DNA of 64,000 nucleotides from Candidatus Rifleibacteriota bacterium (lineage in GTDB: Bacteria > Muiribacteriota > Ozemobacteria > Ozemobacterales > Ozemobacteraceae), in assembly GCA_024710355.1 (NCBI GenBank), contig JANJUX010000033.1, positions 22,641-86,640 of the forward strand. The letters run 5' to 3'. The position numbers and the translations under genes are program-made. The notes under the pieces were generated by a model. It was given only the letters and a program-made list of their open reading frames with translations, was not told the DNA's origin and searched no databases. Positions within the stretch are counted from its first letter, which is position 1. Every line of letters starts with the position of its first letter. Below are positions 27,422 through 36,107 of the stretch, one piece after another.

Positions 27422-28493
27422 CAAAACCCGCACAATCAGCCCGCTGATAAAAACCATCGGTGACTTCATGACCCTGCTGAAGGTAGTCATGGCGCTGGTT
27501 TTTGTCGGGTATTGCCTCTCGGGGCTGACATTGATCAGGCCCGACGAAATCGGTCTGATACTGAGAATGGGTAAACTGCATGGCAGCACACCGGTCGATC
27601 AGATTCTCAACCCCGGCTGGGTTCTTGCCCTGCCAAAACCCTTCGACGAAGTGCTGCGGATTCCGGTCAAACAGATTCAGCAGGTAAAAATCAAAGAGCT
27701 TGCCGCCATCGAAAAAAAAGAAGAGGCAGACTATCGCACGATTGACCCGCTGAATGAGGGTTATTGCGTCAGTGGCGATGCCAACATCTTTCAGGCCAGT
27801 ATACTGGTTAAATACCAGATCAGCGACCCGATAAAAGCTGTTTTCGGCTTCTCGGCATCATATCAGACATTCAGTTCACTCGTGCATGACCTCACTGTCG
27901 CTGAAATGACTCGGGTTGCGGCCGGTTTCCCGATTGACGGGCTTTTGTCCGAAAGCAAAAAAGAGCTGTCAACTCAGGTTAAAGAACGGGTTCAGAAACA
28001 ACTCGACCGGGTTCAAACCGGCCTGGCGCTGGTCTCGCTCGAAATAGAAGAAATTGCACCGCCCACCTACCTCAGGAAAGACTTTGAAGAGGTCAATTCG
28101 GCCTTTATCAACCGCCACAATTTTATCAACGATGCCCGCAGCCTCAGCGAAGAAAAACTGCCGAAAGCCCGCGGCAACGCCGAAGAAATGATTAACAGGG
28201 CCAGGTCTTATCACCAGACCGTTGTTGCCGAGGCAACTGCCAACGCCGGCAGATTCAATCAACTTCTGACTGCCTGGCAGAACAACCCCGAAGAAGTCAG
28301 ACTCGAAATGACCGCTAAAGTTCAGAAACTGGTAATAGAAAAAATGCGGCGCATGGTAGTTGTTCCCGGCGGGTCGGCGGCTGCCGCCGGCGTCAGACTG
28401 ATGTTCGACACCAGCACCGGCTCCTCTCTTCCGGTTCCGACTAACGTCAACCCCGCTTACGACGAGCTTGCAGAAGAGGAAGAAGAAGATTAA
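27411..28493 (+). CDS. SPFH/band-7 protein, HflK-like.
   Basis: An N-terminal TM helix is followed by an SPFH core (IRPDEIGLILRMGKLHGS...GWVLALPKPFDEV), a coiled coil and an acidic tail EEEEED. The stop abuts the ATPase start. Confidence 0.7.
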   Translation: MATDKTRTISPLIKTIGDFMTLLKVVMALVFVGYCLSGLTLIRPDEIGLILRMGKLHGSTPVDQILNPGWVLALPKPFDEVLRIPVKQIQQVKIKELAAIEKKEEADYRTIDPLNEGYCVSGDANIFQASILVKYQISDPIKAVFGFSASYQTFSSLVHDLTVAEMTRVAAGFPIDGLLSESKKELSTQVKERVQKQLDRVQTGLALVSLEIEEIAPPTYLRKDFEEVNSAFINRHNFINDARSLSEEKLPKARGNAEEMINRARSYHQTVVAEATANAGRFNQLLTAWQNNPEEVRLEMTAKVQKLVIEKMRRMVVVPGGSAAAAGVRLMFDTSTGSSLPVPTNVNPAYDELAEEEEED

Positions 28494-30380
28494 ATGACAA
28501 ACGACCGGCAAGCTCCTGCAACTGGCCAGCACTCTGTTGGTCTGAACGGTATTATCAAGCTCAAGCTTGCCAATTCGATTTTTGCAGCAGTCTTTCTGAT
28601 TACCGGCATTGTTCTCGAAATGCTGCTGCCGGAGCAGAAGCAGACAGCCAGACTGATCGTGGCGATTGCCGCCATGGCCGTTTCCCTGCCGGTCTTTATC
28701 AATGGTTTCAAAGGTCTTTTCACCCGCGAACCCTGCTTCATGACCGAGCAGCTGGTGAGTCTGGCGATTCTTGCCGCGATGAGCGAAGGTGAATTCGCAG
28801 TTGCCACGATTATTCCGATAATCATGGTTTTCGGCCATCTGCTCGAAGAAAAGAGTATTATGGGCATCGAAGAAGCGATCGAGTCAATGCGGCGCCTGCA
28901 CTCACGCCAGGCCAGATTGCTGGCTGACGGGCGCGAAACTCTGGTAGAACCGGGCGGACTCAAGCCTGATGATCTGATCGTCTGCTACCCCGGTGAGACC
29001 ATTGCTGCCGATGGCGTGATCAGCGAAGGCGAAACCATGATCAATCAGGCCCCGATAACCGGTGAATCGGTACCCGTCGAGGCTTTTGCCGGGGTCGGAG
29101 TATTTGCCGGCACCATCAATCTCAGCGGCAAAATCTGCATAAAGGTTACCAAAGCCGCTTCTGACACGTTGTTTAACAAAATTCTGCATCTGCTTAAAGA
29201 GGCCGAGGCGTCAAAAGCGCCAATTGTCAAAATTATCGAAAAGTATCTCGGGCTCTATTTTCCGTTTGTCATAATGGTTGCGGCCCTGACCCTCTTTTTG
29301 ACAAGTGATATCAGCCGGGCGGTGGCAATTCTGGTGATAAGCTGCCCGTGTGCTCTGATACTTGCCAGTCCGAGCGCCATGATTGCAGCACTGGTGAGCG
29401 CTGCCCGCCACGGCATCATGATCAAGAACACCGCTTTTCTTGAGCTGCTTGCCGAAATCGACACGGTGATTTTCGATAAAACCGGCACTGTCACACTCGG
29501 CAAGCTTGAAGTCGAAAAAGTGGTAACGCTGCCCGGCAGCGATAATCAGGAAATGCTGAGATACGCAGCCATGTGTGCCAGCGGCTCGATTCACCCGGTT
29601 TCTGCCGCCCTGATCGCCTATGCTCACACGAACGGCATCAGGTTTCCGATACCGGCGGTTCAGAAAGAGCTGCATGGCCGCGGAGTGTCAGCCGAAATCG
29701 ACGGCAAAAGATTCTATCTCGGCAAACCCGGCTGGATAGCAGAAGAAGCCGGCATCACTGCGCCGGCAGATGTGGCCGGCGAAAATGGCATATCAGTCTG
29801 GGTCGCCTCTGAAACAGCCTTTCTTGGCGAAGTAATCTTCTCTGACCGGCCACGCCCCGAAATGCGCCAGGCAATTGACCAGTTGCGCAGCCTTGGCGTC
29901 AAAAATGTCATACTGCTGACCGGCGACCGCAGCCAGATTGGCAATGCCATTGGCAAAGCTCTCGGTGTCGACGCAACGGTCTGCGAATGTCTGCCGCAGG
30001 ATAAACTCAACTACGTCAATAACCGTAAGGCCTGCGGCGAACGGGTAATGTTCGTTGGTGACGGCATAAACGATGCTCTGGCGCTGAAAGCCAGTGATGT
30101 CGGTATTGCGATGGCCCGCGGCGGCACAGATATCGCCATTCAAAATTCTGATATTACTCTTAACACCGATAATCTGCTTAATCTGGCGCGCATGTTCGAT
30201 CTCTCTGAAAAAACACGCGGCATAATCAATCAGAACATTCTCATTGGCACCGGCTTCAGTCTGCTGATGATGGTTCTCGCCTCGATCGGGCTGATCAGCC
30301 CGGTTATCGGGGCCGTCGCCCATAATCTCGGGCCAGTGTTCGTAGTTCTCAACAGCGCCAGAATGCTCAAAGAAAATTAA
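28494..30380 (+). CDS. Heavy-metal-type (P1B) P-type ATPase lacking an N-terminal metal-binding domain.
   Basis: DKTGTVT is the phosphorylation site. The transmembrane metal motif is ISCPCALILASP (CPC). GDGINDALAL is the hinge. There is no HMA/CxxC domain before the first TM helix. The protein is 628 aa. Confidence 0.85.
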   Translation: MTNDRQAPATGQHSVGLNGIIKLKLANSIFAAVFLITGIVLEMLLPEQKQTARLIVAIAAMAVSLPVFINGFKGLFTREPCFMTEQLVSLAILAAMSEGEFAVATIIPIIMVFGHLLEEKSIMGIEEAIESMRRLHSRQARLLADGRETLVEPGGLKPDDLIVCYPGETIAADGVISEGETMINQAPITGESVPVEAFAGVGVFAGTINLSGKICIKVTKAASDTLFNKILHLLKEAEASKAPIVKIIEKYLGLYFPFVIMVAALTLFLTSDISRAVAILVISCPCALILASPSAMIAALVSAARHGIMIKNTAFLELLAEIDTVIFDKTGTVTLGKLEVEKVVTLPGSDNQEMLRYAAMCASGSIHPVSAALIAYAHTNGIRFPIPAVQKELHGRGVSAEIDGKRFYLGKPGWIAEEAGITAPADVAGENGISVWVASETAFLGEVIFSDRPRPEMRQAIDQLRSLGVKNVILLTGDRSQIGNAIGKALGVDATVCECLPQDKLNYVNNRKACGERVMFVGDGINDALALKASDVGIAMARGGTDIAIQNSDITLNTDNLLNLARMFDLSEKTRGIINQNILIGTGFSLLMMVLASIGLISPVIGAVAHNLGPVFVVLNSARMLKEN

Positions 30381-32383
30381 GGCTGCCTGAGATCAAATCT
30401 GATGATGCCGTCGAACAGGTCGATCTGATTGACCTTTACGATAACCTTCTGACCGGGTGTCACGTCAAAATTCGGGCGCCGGCAGTGCCTGAAAGAGCAG
30501 AGAAAATCGACATAAAATGTGACTTCGGTCATGCTGGTATCGACCACAACCCCGTCGTAAAGCAACTCAGCCGATTTCTGCTGCTGTTTGAGGTATTTGA
30601 GCAGAAAATAGCGCTCACGGTCGCGCATGATCTCATCGGCACGAATGACGGCCGTATCGGCGATCATCATCGTCTGATCGAGTTCACTCTGGCTGTAGAC
30701 CGGCGGTCTGCCATTGATGGCAGCCTTGATCTGGCGGTGCAGCAGCAGGTCAGAATAACGCCGCAGCGGCGAGGTGATCTGAGTATAAGAAGCCAGGCCC
30801 AGCGAGCTGTGTCGCCCCGGAACACTGTTAACAACAGTTTTACGCAAAGTTCTCAGCACCGAAAAGAAAGCGACCGGGTCAAATTCTTCGACGGGCGGCA
30901 TATCAACCGGTTCGCCTTCCTGAACGCGGTAGAGACACGGTACCGCGTGTTTGCGACACCATTCAGCGGCGGCATGATTGGCCCAGATCATGAATTCGGC
31001 AATCATGCCCTGAGTCAGATCATCGCGGTTACGTCTTTCGACAAGGATTTCGCCATCGACCACCTTGACGCTGAGCTCCGGCTGACGCGGAAACATCATC
31101 GCGCCGGCGGCCTCACGCTGCTTTTTAAGAACTTCAGCAAACTTCACCGCTTCGGCAAGCCAGGGTTCTGAAGCAAGCAGCCCGTCAGCGGTATCGTAGT
31201 CGAGAGCTCTTTCGATTCTGATCAACGACTCGCTGATCTGCAGATGCTCGAGATTACCGGCAGCCGAAAAATCAAGTTTAAAGGTAAGCGCCAGGCGCTC
31301 GCAGCCCTCAGAGAGGCTGAGAAAATTTTCAGAAATCCCGGTCGGCAGCATGTGAATGCGCTTATCGGGCATATACACCGAACTGCCGCGCCGCGCCGCT
31401 TCTTTGTCGAGAGGTGAGCCGGGCAGAATAAGTTCGGCCGGGTCGGCGACATGCACCCAGAGGCTGCAGCCACCATCTGTGTGCCTGACGAAAGAAAAAG
31501 CATCATCACGGTCTTTTGAACCGGGTGTATCGATTGCCCAGGTTTTCAGACCGGTCAAGTCAGAACGGCTCAAGGAGCTGATATCGACCAGACAAAGATT
31601 ATCGGCTTCAGCGATCAGATCGGCCGAAAATTCAACCGGCAGGCGGTATTTGATTATTGCCAGGTTTTCGTCGGCATCCAGAATTCCAGCACTCACCAGG
31701 GCCTGAAAAAGGCGACGCGGGTCACTGAGACCGGCCTTGTCGAGCGCAGCGGCCAGTCGCTTCGAGATTTTTGCCTCTTCGCCACAGGCAACCAGATTTT
31801 TCAGATCATTGAGATGCTCGACCGGAAAATCGCCGGCAGAGCTTCTGTCACCAAGTTTTTTAAGATGCTCGACCAGCATCGCCTCTTCGCGTTCGACCTG
31901 CTCTTTTCGATTCTGCTGTTCAAGCGCCGTCTTAAGCTCGTCTGACGATAATGGATGCCAGGTGTCGGCCTTGTTTTTAAAGTAAAGGCGATCGTCGCTC
32001 AGGCGCCGCAGCAGGGCTGCAGCCGCATCATCGTCATCAGGCGCAAACAGAAAGCCTGTGAGTTCCTTGAGGCTGTAGGGGCGAATCTCTTCGACCAGCA
32101 GGCTGTGCAGTTCTGCAAGATCAATACCGGCTTCGGTCTGGTTTCGCCGCTGATCGGCTTTAATGAGGTTTTGCCGGCAGGTCTCGCGGTCTGCAACCCC
32201 GGTAACAGCCCGCGAAGTTACATGCAGCACTTTTTTGTCAGGAATGCTTGTTTCTTTGCCGTTCAGCAACAGAAGCCTGACGCTGCCACCGGCGGCACTC
32301 AATATTACACCGGTTTCCGGCCGGCTCCCTTTTGCTGAAAATTCGACGATACAACCGGTCGCCAGGTTCATTGATTTCTCCAT
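30377..32383 (-). CDS. RNB-domain exoribonuclease (RNase II/R family).
   Basis: RNB motifs AIDTPGSKDRDDAFSF and ITSPLRRYSDLLLHRQ are present. There is a C-terminal S1-like segment. Confidence 0.8.
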   Translation of the reverse strand: MEKSMNLATGCIVEFSAKGSRPETGVILSAAGGSVRLLLLNGKETSIPDKKVLHVTSRAVTGVADRETCRQNLIKADQRRNQTEAGIDLAELHSLLVEEIRPYSLKELTGFLFAPDDDDAAAALLRRLSDDRLYFKNKADTWHPLSSDELKTALEQQNRKEQVEREEAMLVEHLKKLGDRSSAGDFPVEHLNDLKNLVACGEEAKISKRLAAALDKAGLSDPRRLFQALVSAGILDADENLAIIKYRLPVEFSADLIAEADNLCLVDISSLSRSDLTGLKTWAIDTPGSKDRDDAFSFVRHTDGGCSLWVHVADPAELILPGSPLDKEAARRGSSVYMPDKRIHMLPTGISENFLSLSEGCERLALTFKLDFSAAGNLEHLQISESLIRIERALDYDTADGLLASEPWLAEAVKFAEVLKKQREAAGAMMFPRQPELSVKVVDGEILVERRNRDDLTQGMIAEFMIWANHAAAEWCRKHAVPCLYRVQEGEPVDMPPVEEFDPVAFFSVLRTLRKTVVNSVPGRHSSLGLASYTQITSPLRRYSDLLLHRQIKAAINGRPPVYSQSELDQTMMIADTAVIRADEIMRDRERYFLLKYLKQQQKSAELLYDGVVVDTSMTEVTFYVDFLCSFRHCRRPNFDVTPGQKVIVKVNQIDLFDGIIRFDLRQP

Positions 32384-32392
32384 ATTTGCTGA

Positions 32393-33490
32393 TCAGCTGT
32401 ATTTTACCACTTTATTGCGATTTTGCCCTGAATTTTTGCTCTTCGCACGGTAAAGTTCGGCAAACCAGCAGCTGATACTCTCCGCCAGACGGTTAAATTC
32501 AGGGTCTTCAACCTCCACTGCCTGCCGGGCAAAAGCAGCAAGATCCGGCCACTCTTCGGTTTCGGCCGCCACTCCGCTGATTTCTCGCGGGCGACCGATC
32601 AGCTGCAGGAGCAGATCTGGAGTGTCGCCCCAGGGGGCAGCTTCTTCAGCCGCCAGAATTTGTGGCTCAGAATCAGCAACGACCGATCTCTGACGGCGCA
32701 GGGACGAAAAAACCCGCAGCGCCGCAAGCAGATCCTGTTGCGATTGTGGCTGCCGGCGATCGATACTTTCACGCCAGACATCGAGACGCTGCAGTTCAGT
32801 CTCGGTTTTATGCTCGACCTCAGCCGGTGAAATACTGATTATGCGCCACGCCAGATGACTTCGTTCGCCGCCAGACCATTCGGTAATATCGCGCCAGTCG
32901 CCATTTTTCAGGTCGCGAAATCTGATGCGCAGGTTCTGGTTAAAACTGGCCATTCTCTTTTTATCAGCTTCGAGACGCCGGTCAGGCTCTGTTCCTTCAT
33001 AATCAGCCAGCAGCCGGCTGGCCCACGGAACCTCAGGAAATACATGCACAAACAGAAAAGCGAGCTGAGCCGTATTTGCATCAGGGTAATCCGCAAGAAA
33101 ATTGCGCACCGTTGCAAAGATTTCGTCGGCAAAAGCAAGTCGAAGTGGTGTAAAACCGGTGCGGCCGACCTCAGGCAGATCGCCGGCCAGCCCGAAGGCG
33201 GTCGCTCGCGCTTGATATGGCCGGGTCAAGCGCTTGAGTTTCTGGTGAACGAACGCCAGAACCGAGCGTGAATGCAGCGCTCGACCGACATTAAAATCTT
33301 CGAGAAGAACCAGCAGCATTTCACTGGCCAGCTCTCTGATCTTCTCTTCGCGCGAAAGGCTCAGCTCGCGCCAGCTGGCAGCAATGTTGTTCAGGTAGCC
33401 GCGACAGCTGACGATCAGGCCAAAAGCAGTCTCGGGGCCAGGTTGCGCCATAAATTTCTGAAGTGCCTCTTCAACACTCGTATTTTGCAT
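32393..33490 (-). CDS. Hypothetical protein (365 aa).
   Basis: A clean ORF. The start was chosen at the second ATG, which is preceded by GAGAGG. It is divergent from the CCxxC operon. Confidence 0.45.
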   Translation of the reverse strand: MQNTSVEEALQKFMAQPGPETAFGLIVSCRGYLNNIAASWRELSLSREEKIRELASEMLLVLLEDFNVGRALHSRSVLAFVHQKLKRLTRPYQARATAFGLAGDLPEVGRTGFTPLRLAFADEIFATVRNFLADYPDANTAQLAFLFVHVFPEVPWASRLLADYEGTEPDRRLEADKKRMASFNQNLRIRFRDLKNGDWRDITEWSGGERSHLAWRIISISPAEVEHKTETELQRLDVWRESIDRRQPQSQQDLLAALRVFSSLRRQRSVVADSEPQILAAEEAAPWGDTPDLLLQLIGRPREISGVAAETEEWPDLAAFARQAVEVEDPEFNRLAESISCWFAELYRAKSKNSGQNRNKVVKYS

Positions 33491-33706
33491 ATTTTGCCTC
33501 TCATACTGCCGTTGCCGCAGGTTTGAATCGACCATCGCCGGCGGATAAAATCACTAATTTTAATGTGACGGGAAACCACCCGTCTTCGAGCATAGCAGAA
33601 GAGTTTGCAGTGTTCCAGAAGGTTTTTTGCAGAATTTTAAAATATTTTTTCCCTTTTTTGTTTTTCAGTTGATTTACCTGTGAAACCAAAAAACGGAGGC
33701 GAACTT

Positions 33707-34180
33707 ATGATGTGCTGCAATGAATGCCCGCTCAACCCGGTAACAGGTTACGCCGAAGAACGTTGCCGACGACCGGTCTGCCTGCAGTCAGAAACGCGCT
33801 GCAAAAGTGGCTTCTGCACCAGCGAACTGGGTGGCCGCTGCCAGCTCGACTTTTATGTGGTCAGAAAGCTGTATCACGGCGACCAGCTGGCCGAAAAACT
33901 CGTTTTTGCCTCGCTGAAATCGGCCATTCTCGGGCGTGATCGGTCTCTTGTGCTCGCAATTTTTCAATCAGCGAGAGAGACCCTGCAGCCGCTGCTCTGG
34001 CGCTGGCTCGAAGTCTACGAGCCCCGCAGTCTCTGGCTTTTGAACCCGGTATTTTCGTCGGCCGGCCTGAGCCCTCTCGATACCTTCAACGAACTCGAGC
34101 CACGGCGTGAAAAGTATCTGAAGGCAATCATGCATAACCCATGCACTGTCAGACAGGCTAGAACGATCTGCGGTCTTTGA
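33707..34180 (+). CDS. Hypothetical protein with an N-terminal CCxxCxLN motif (paralog A).
   Basis: The protein starts MMCCNECPLN. A GGAGG sequence lies 7 nt before ATG 33707. The C-terminal region LWRWLEVYEPRSLWLLNPVF aligns with paralog B. Confidence 0.5.
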   Translation: MMCCNECPLNPVTGYAEERCRRPVCLQSETRCKSGFCTSELGGRCQLDFYVVRKLYHGDQLAEKLVFASLKSAILGRDRSLVLAIFQSARETLQPLLWRWLEVYEPRSLWLLNPVFSSAGLSPLDTFNELEPRREKYLKAIMHNPCTVRQARTICGL

Positions 34181-34193
34181 AAGGAGTTTTCCA

Positions 34194-34694
34194 ATGACCA
34201 CGAACTGCTGCCATAAATGTCGGTTAAATATTGCTTCAACGGCTTTTGACAGCCGAATGTTCACTGTTGTTCCGCTGCCGGCCAGAGATATCTTTATCTG
34301 CAGGCAAAATGGTGCGGGCAGGGCTTTACCCGGGGCTGCACACGCTGAGGTCCGTCTTCTCTGCAGTCGCGATCTCTGGGTGTTGAGCTTTATCGGACAG
34401 AACGAAGCTTTTGCGGTCGAACAGGCCAGTGCAACTCTCGACCGGCTGGTTGCAGGCGGTCACTCAGAACTGCTCTGTCATCTCTTCGAAAATGCCGGCT
34501 ACGAAGTCAGGCGCGACCTGTGGCTGCGCATGACCAGCCTTTACCCGGGCCGGCTTTATCTTTTCGACGCCATTTTTGAACGTGGCTCGCTCGCACCTCT
34601 TGAAAAAGACCGGGCCCCCGAAAAAATGTATTATTACCAACAGCAGATGCTGTTTGGCATCGAAGGTTTAAACCATGAACTCGAAGATTTATAA
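34194..34694 (+). CDS. Hypothetical protein with an N-terminal CCxxCxLN motif (paralog B).
   Basis: The protein starts MTTNCCHKCRLN. An AAGGAG sequence lies 7 nt before the ATG. LWLRMTSLYPGRLYLFDAIF matches paralog A. Confidence 0.5.
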   Translation: MTTNCCHKCRLNIASTAFDSRMFTVVPLPARDIFICRQNGAGRALPGAAHAEVRLLCSRDLWVLSFIGQNEAFAVEQASATLDRLVAGGHSELLCHLFENAGYEVRRDLWLRMTSLYPGRLYLFDAIFERGSLAPLEKDRAPEKMYYYQQQMLFGIEGLNHELEDL

Positions 34695-35346
34695 TCAAAA
34701 AATGACTGCCGGCAAAAAATATTCGATACAAATGCTTATCTCGGGCGGGCAAACGGGCGTAGACCGCGCCGCACTCGATTTCGCTATGGCCATGAAGATT
34801 CCGTGTTCGGGCTGGTGCCCGGCAGGCCGGCGGGCAGAAGACGGCCCCATTGCCGATTGTTACCCGCTGCTCGAAGCCTCTTCTGAACTTTACCAGCAGC
34901 GCACCCGCCTCAACGTCAGAGATTCTGACGCCACGCTGATCATTGCAGACAGTTCGCCGTCAAATGGCACCCGTCTGACAGTCGAATATTGCCAGAAAAT
35001 GCGCAAACCGTTTCATATTCTTAATTCTGAAGCATTTTTTGACCGGCCCCCAAAACTAAAGGCCCTGAGCTCCCCAGCAATAGAGGTGCCTGAGAATGAG
35101 TCACACCGGCAGAAAAATACCGATAACCTTAGCGATGCCGAGTGGTTTGAAGTGGCTGAAACCCTGAACTGGCTGCATAAAACCAGGCCGGGCATTCTCA
35201 ATATTGCCGGGCCAAGAAAAAGCGAAAGCCCCCAGACAGAACTGCTGGCCCGATCGCTTCTGAGAATGCTTTTCGTCCCCTCAAAAATGTCTACACCAGT
35301 CTGGCCACCCAGAAGACCGATCACCAGAACCCTAAATTTCGGCTAG
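34675..35346 (+). CDS. SLOG-superfamily protein of the 'putative molybdenum-cofactor carrier' (PF12694-like) family.
   Basis: LISGGQTGVDRAALDFAMAMKIPCSGWCPAGRRAEDGPIADCYPLLEASSELYQQRTRLNVRDSDATLII...LNIAGPRKSESP matches the family consensus ISGGQTGxDRAAL...GGWCPxGRxAEDG...RTxxNVRDSDxTL...NVAGPRES. The start is uncertain among ATG 34675, 34702 and 34732. Confidence 0.65.
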   Translation: MNSKIYNQKMTAGKKYSIQMLISGGQTGVDRAALDFAMAMKIPCSGWCPAGRRAEDGPIADCYPLLEASSELYQQRTRLNVRDSDATLIIADSSPSNGTRLTVEYCQKMRKPFHILNSEAFFDRPPKLKALSSPAIEVPENESHRQKNTDNLSDAEWFEVAETLNWLHKTRPGILNIAGPRKSESPQTELLARSLLRMLFVPSKMSTPVWPPRRPITRTLNFG

Positions 35347-35440
35347 TCCAACGTCACATGTGAGCTCAAAAGTTGGCAACCTGTACCCTTTATACCAACG
35401 AGATCCCGGAGAACCCCGGACTCGGCCTATAAGAGCCTTA

Positions 35441-36004
35441 TTACCTGATGATTTTCAGAGAAAAACCGCTCTTTCCGGCAGATTCGCCGAGCTTGTTCTG
35501 AAATGGGTAATCATCGACACTTTGCTCATTCAAGAAAAAGGAATCGGTGGCGGCAGTCGTGTCAGTCTGACTCCAGTCCCAGGTTCTGGCTTCGCCGGTA
35601 TAAATCTGAAAGCTTGAGTTAGAAGCCAGATTTACCGAAGCCTGCCAGAACTGCTTGCCGGCGCCTGTGCCCCAGAGATGCTTTCTTGTCGTGGAATCGT
35701 AAATATCGCTGCTTCTAAGAAACCCTTCGGTTTTAAGAGTTTCGAGAACCTTGGCAATTGAAGCCGGAGCATCAGCATGGTCAGGGTCGAAATTTTCTTC
35801 CCAGGGCTGCCATGTATGAGAAGCTATTTTCATAAGGTCGAAAGCTTCACGTATCTGACTGATGTCTGTGTTTAAGCCAGCTTCAGCCAGACGACGATTA
35901 AGAATCTCTTCTGAAGGACCAATCTGTTGGGCAATAATAGCACCAATCGACAGGAGGATCAGAAGCAAAAGAATAACAGTTCCGGCCCGGTTATTTTTTT
36001 TCAT
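35441..36004 (-). CDS. Membrane-anchored periplasmic protein, hypothetical. There is a weak resemblance to a pseudopilin/GspG-like fold.
   Basis: MKKNNRAGTVILLLLILLSIGAIIAQQ is a signal-anchor without the canonical GFTLIE motif. The C-terminal part is Trp/Asp-rich. Confidence 0.45.
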   Translation of the reverse strand: MKKNNRAGTVILLLLILLSIGAIIAQQIGPSEEILNRRLAEAGLNTDISQIREAFDLMKIASHTWQPWEENFDPDHADAPASIAKVLETLKTEGFLRSSDIYDSTTRKHLWGTGAGKQFWQASVNLASNSSFQIYTGEARTWDWSQTDTTAATDSFFLNEQSVDDYPFQNKLGESAGKSGFSLKIIR

Positions 36005-36107
36005 GGTCCCAACCATAACCAGCAATAGTCCTATTGCGTAATATCTTTAACAACTGCTAGAATTATAACGATTTGCAAAACATGAGGGAAGCCGTATAAA
36101 AAAAAGG

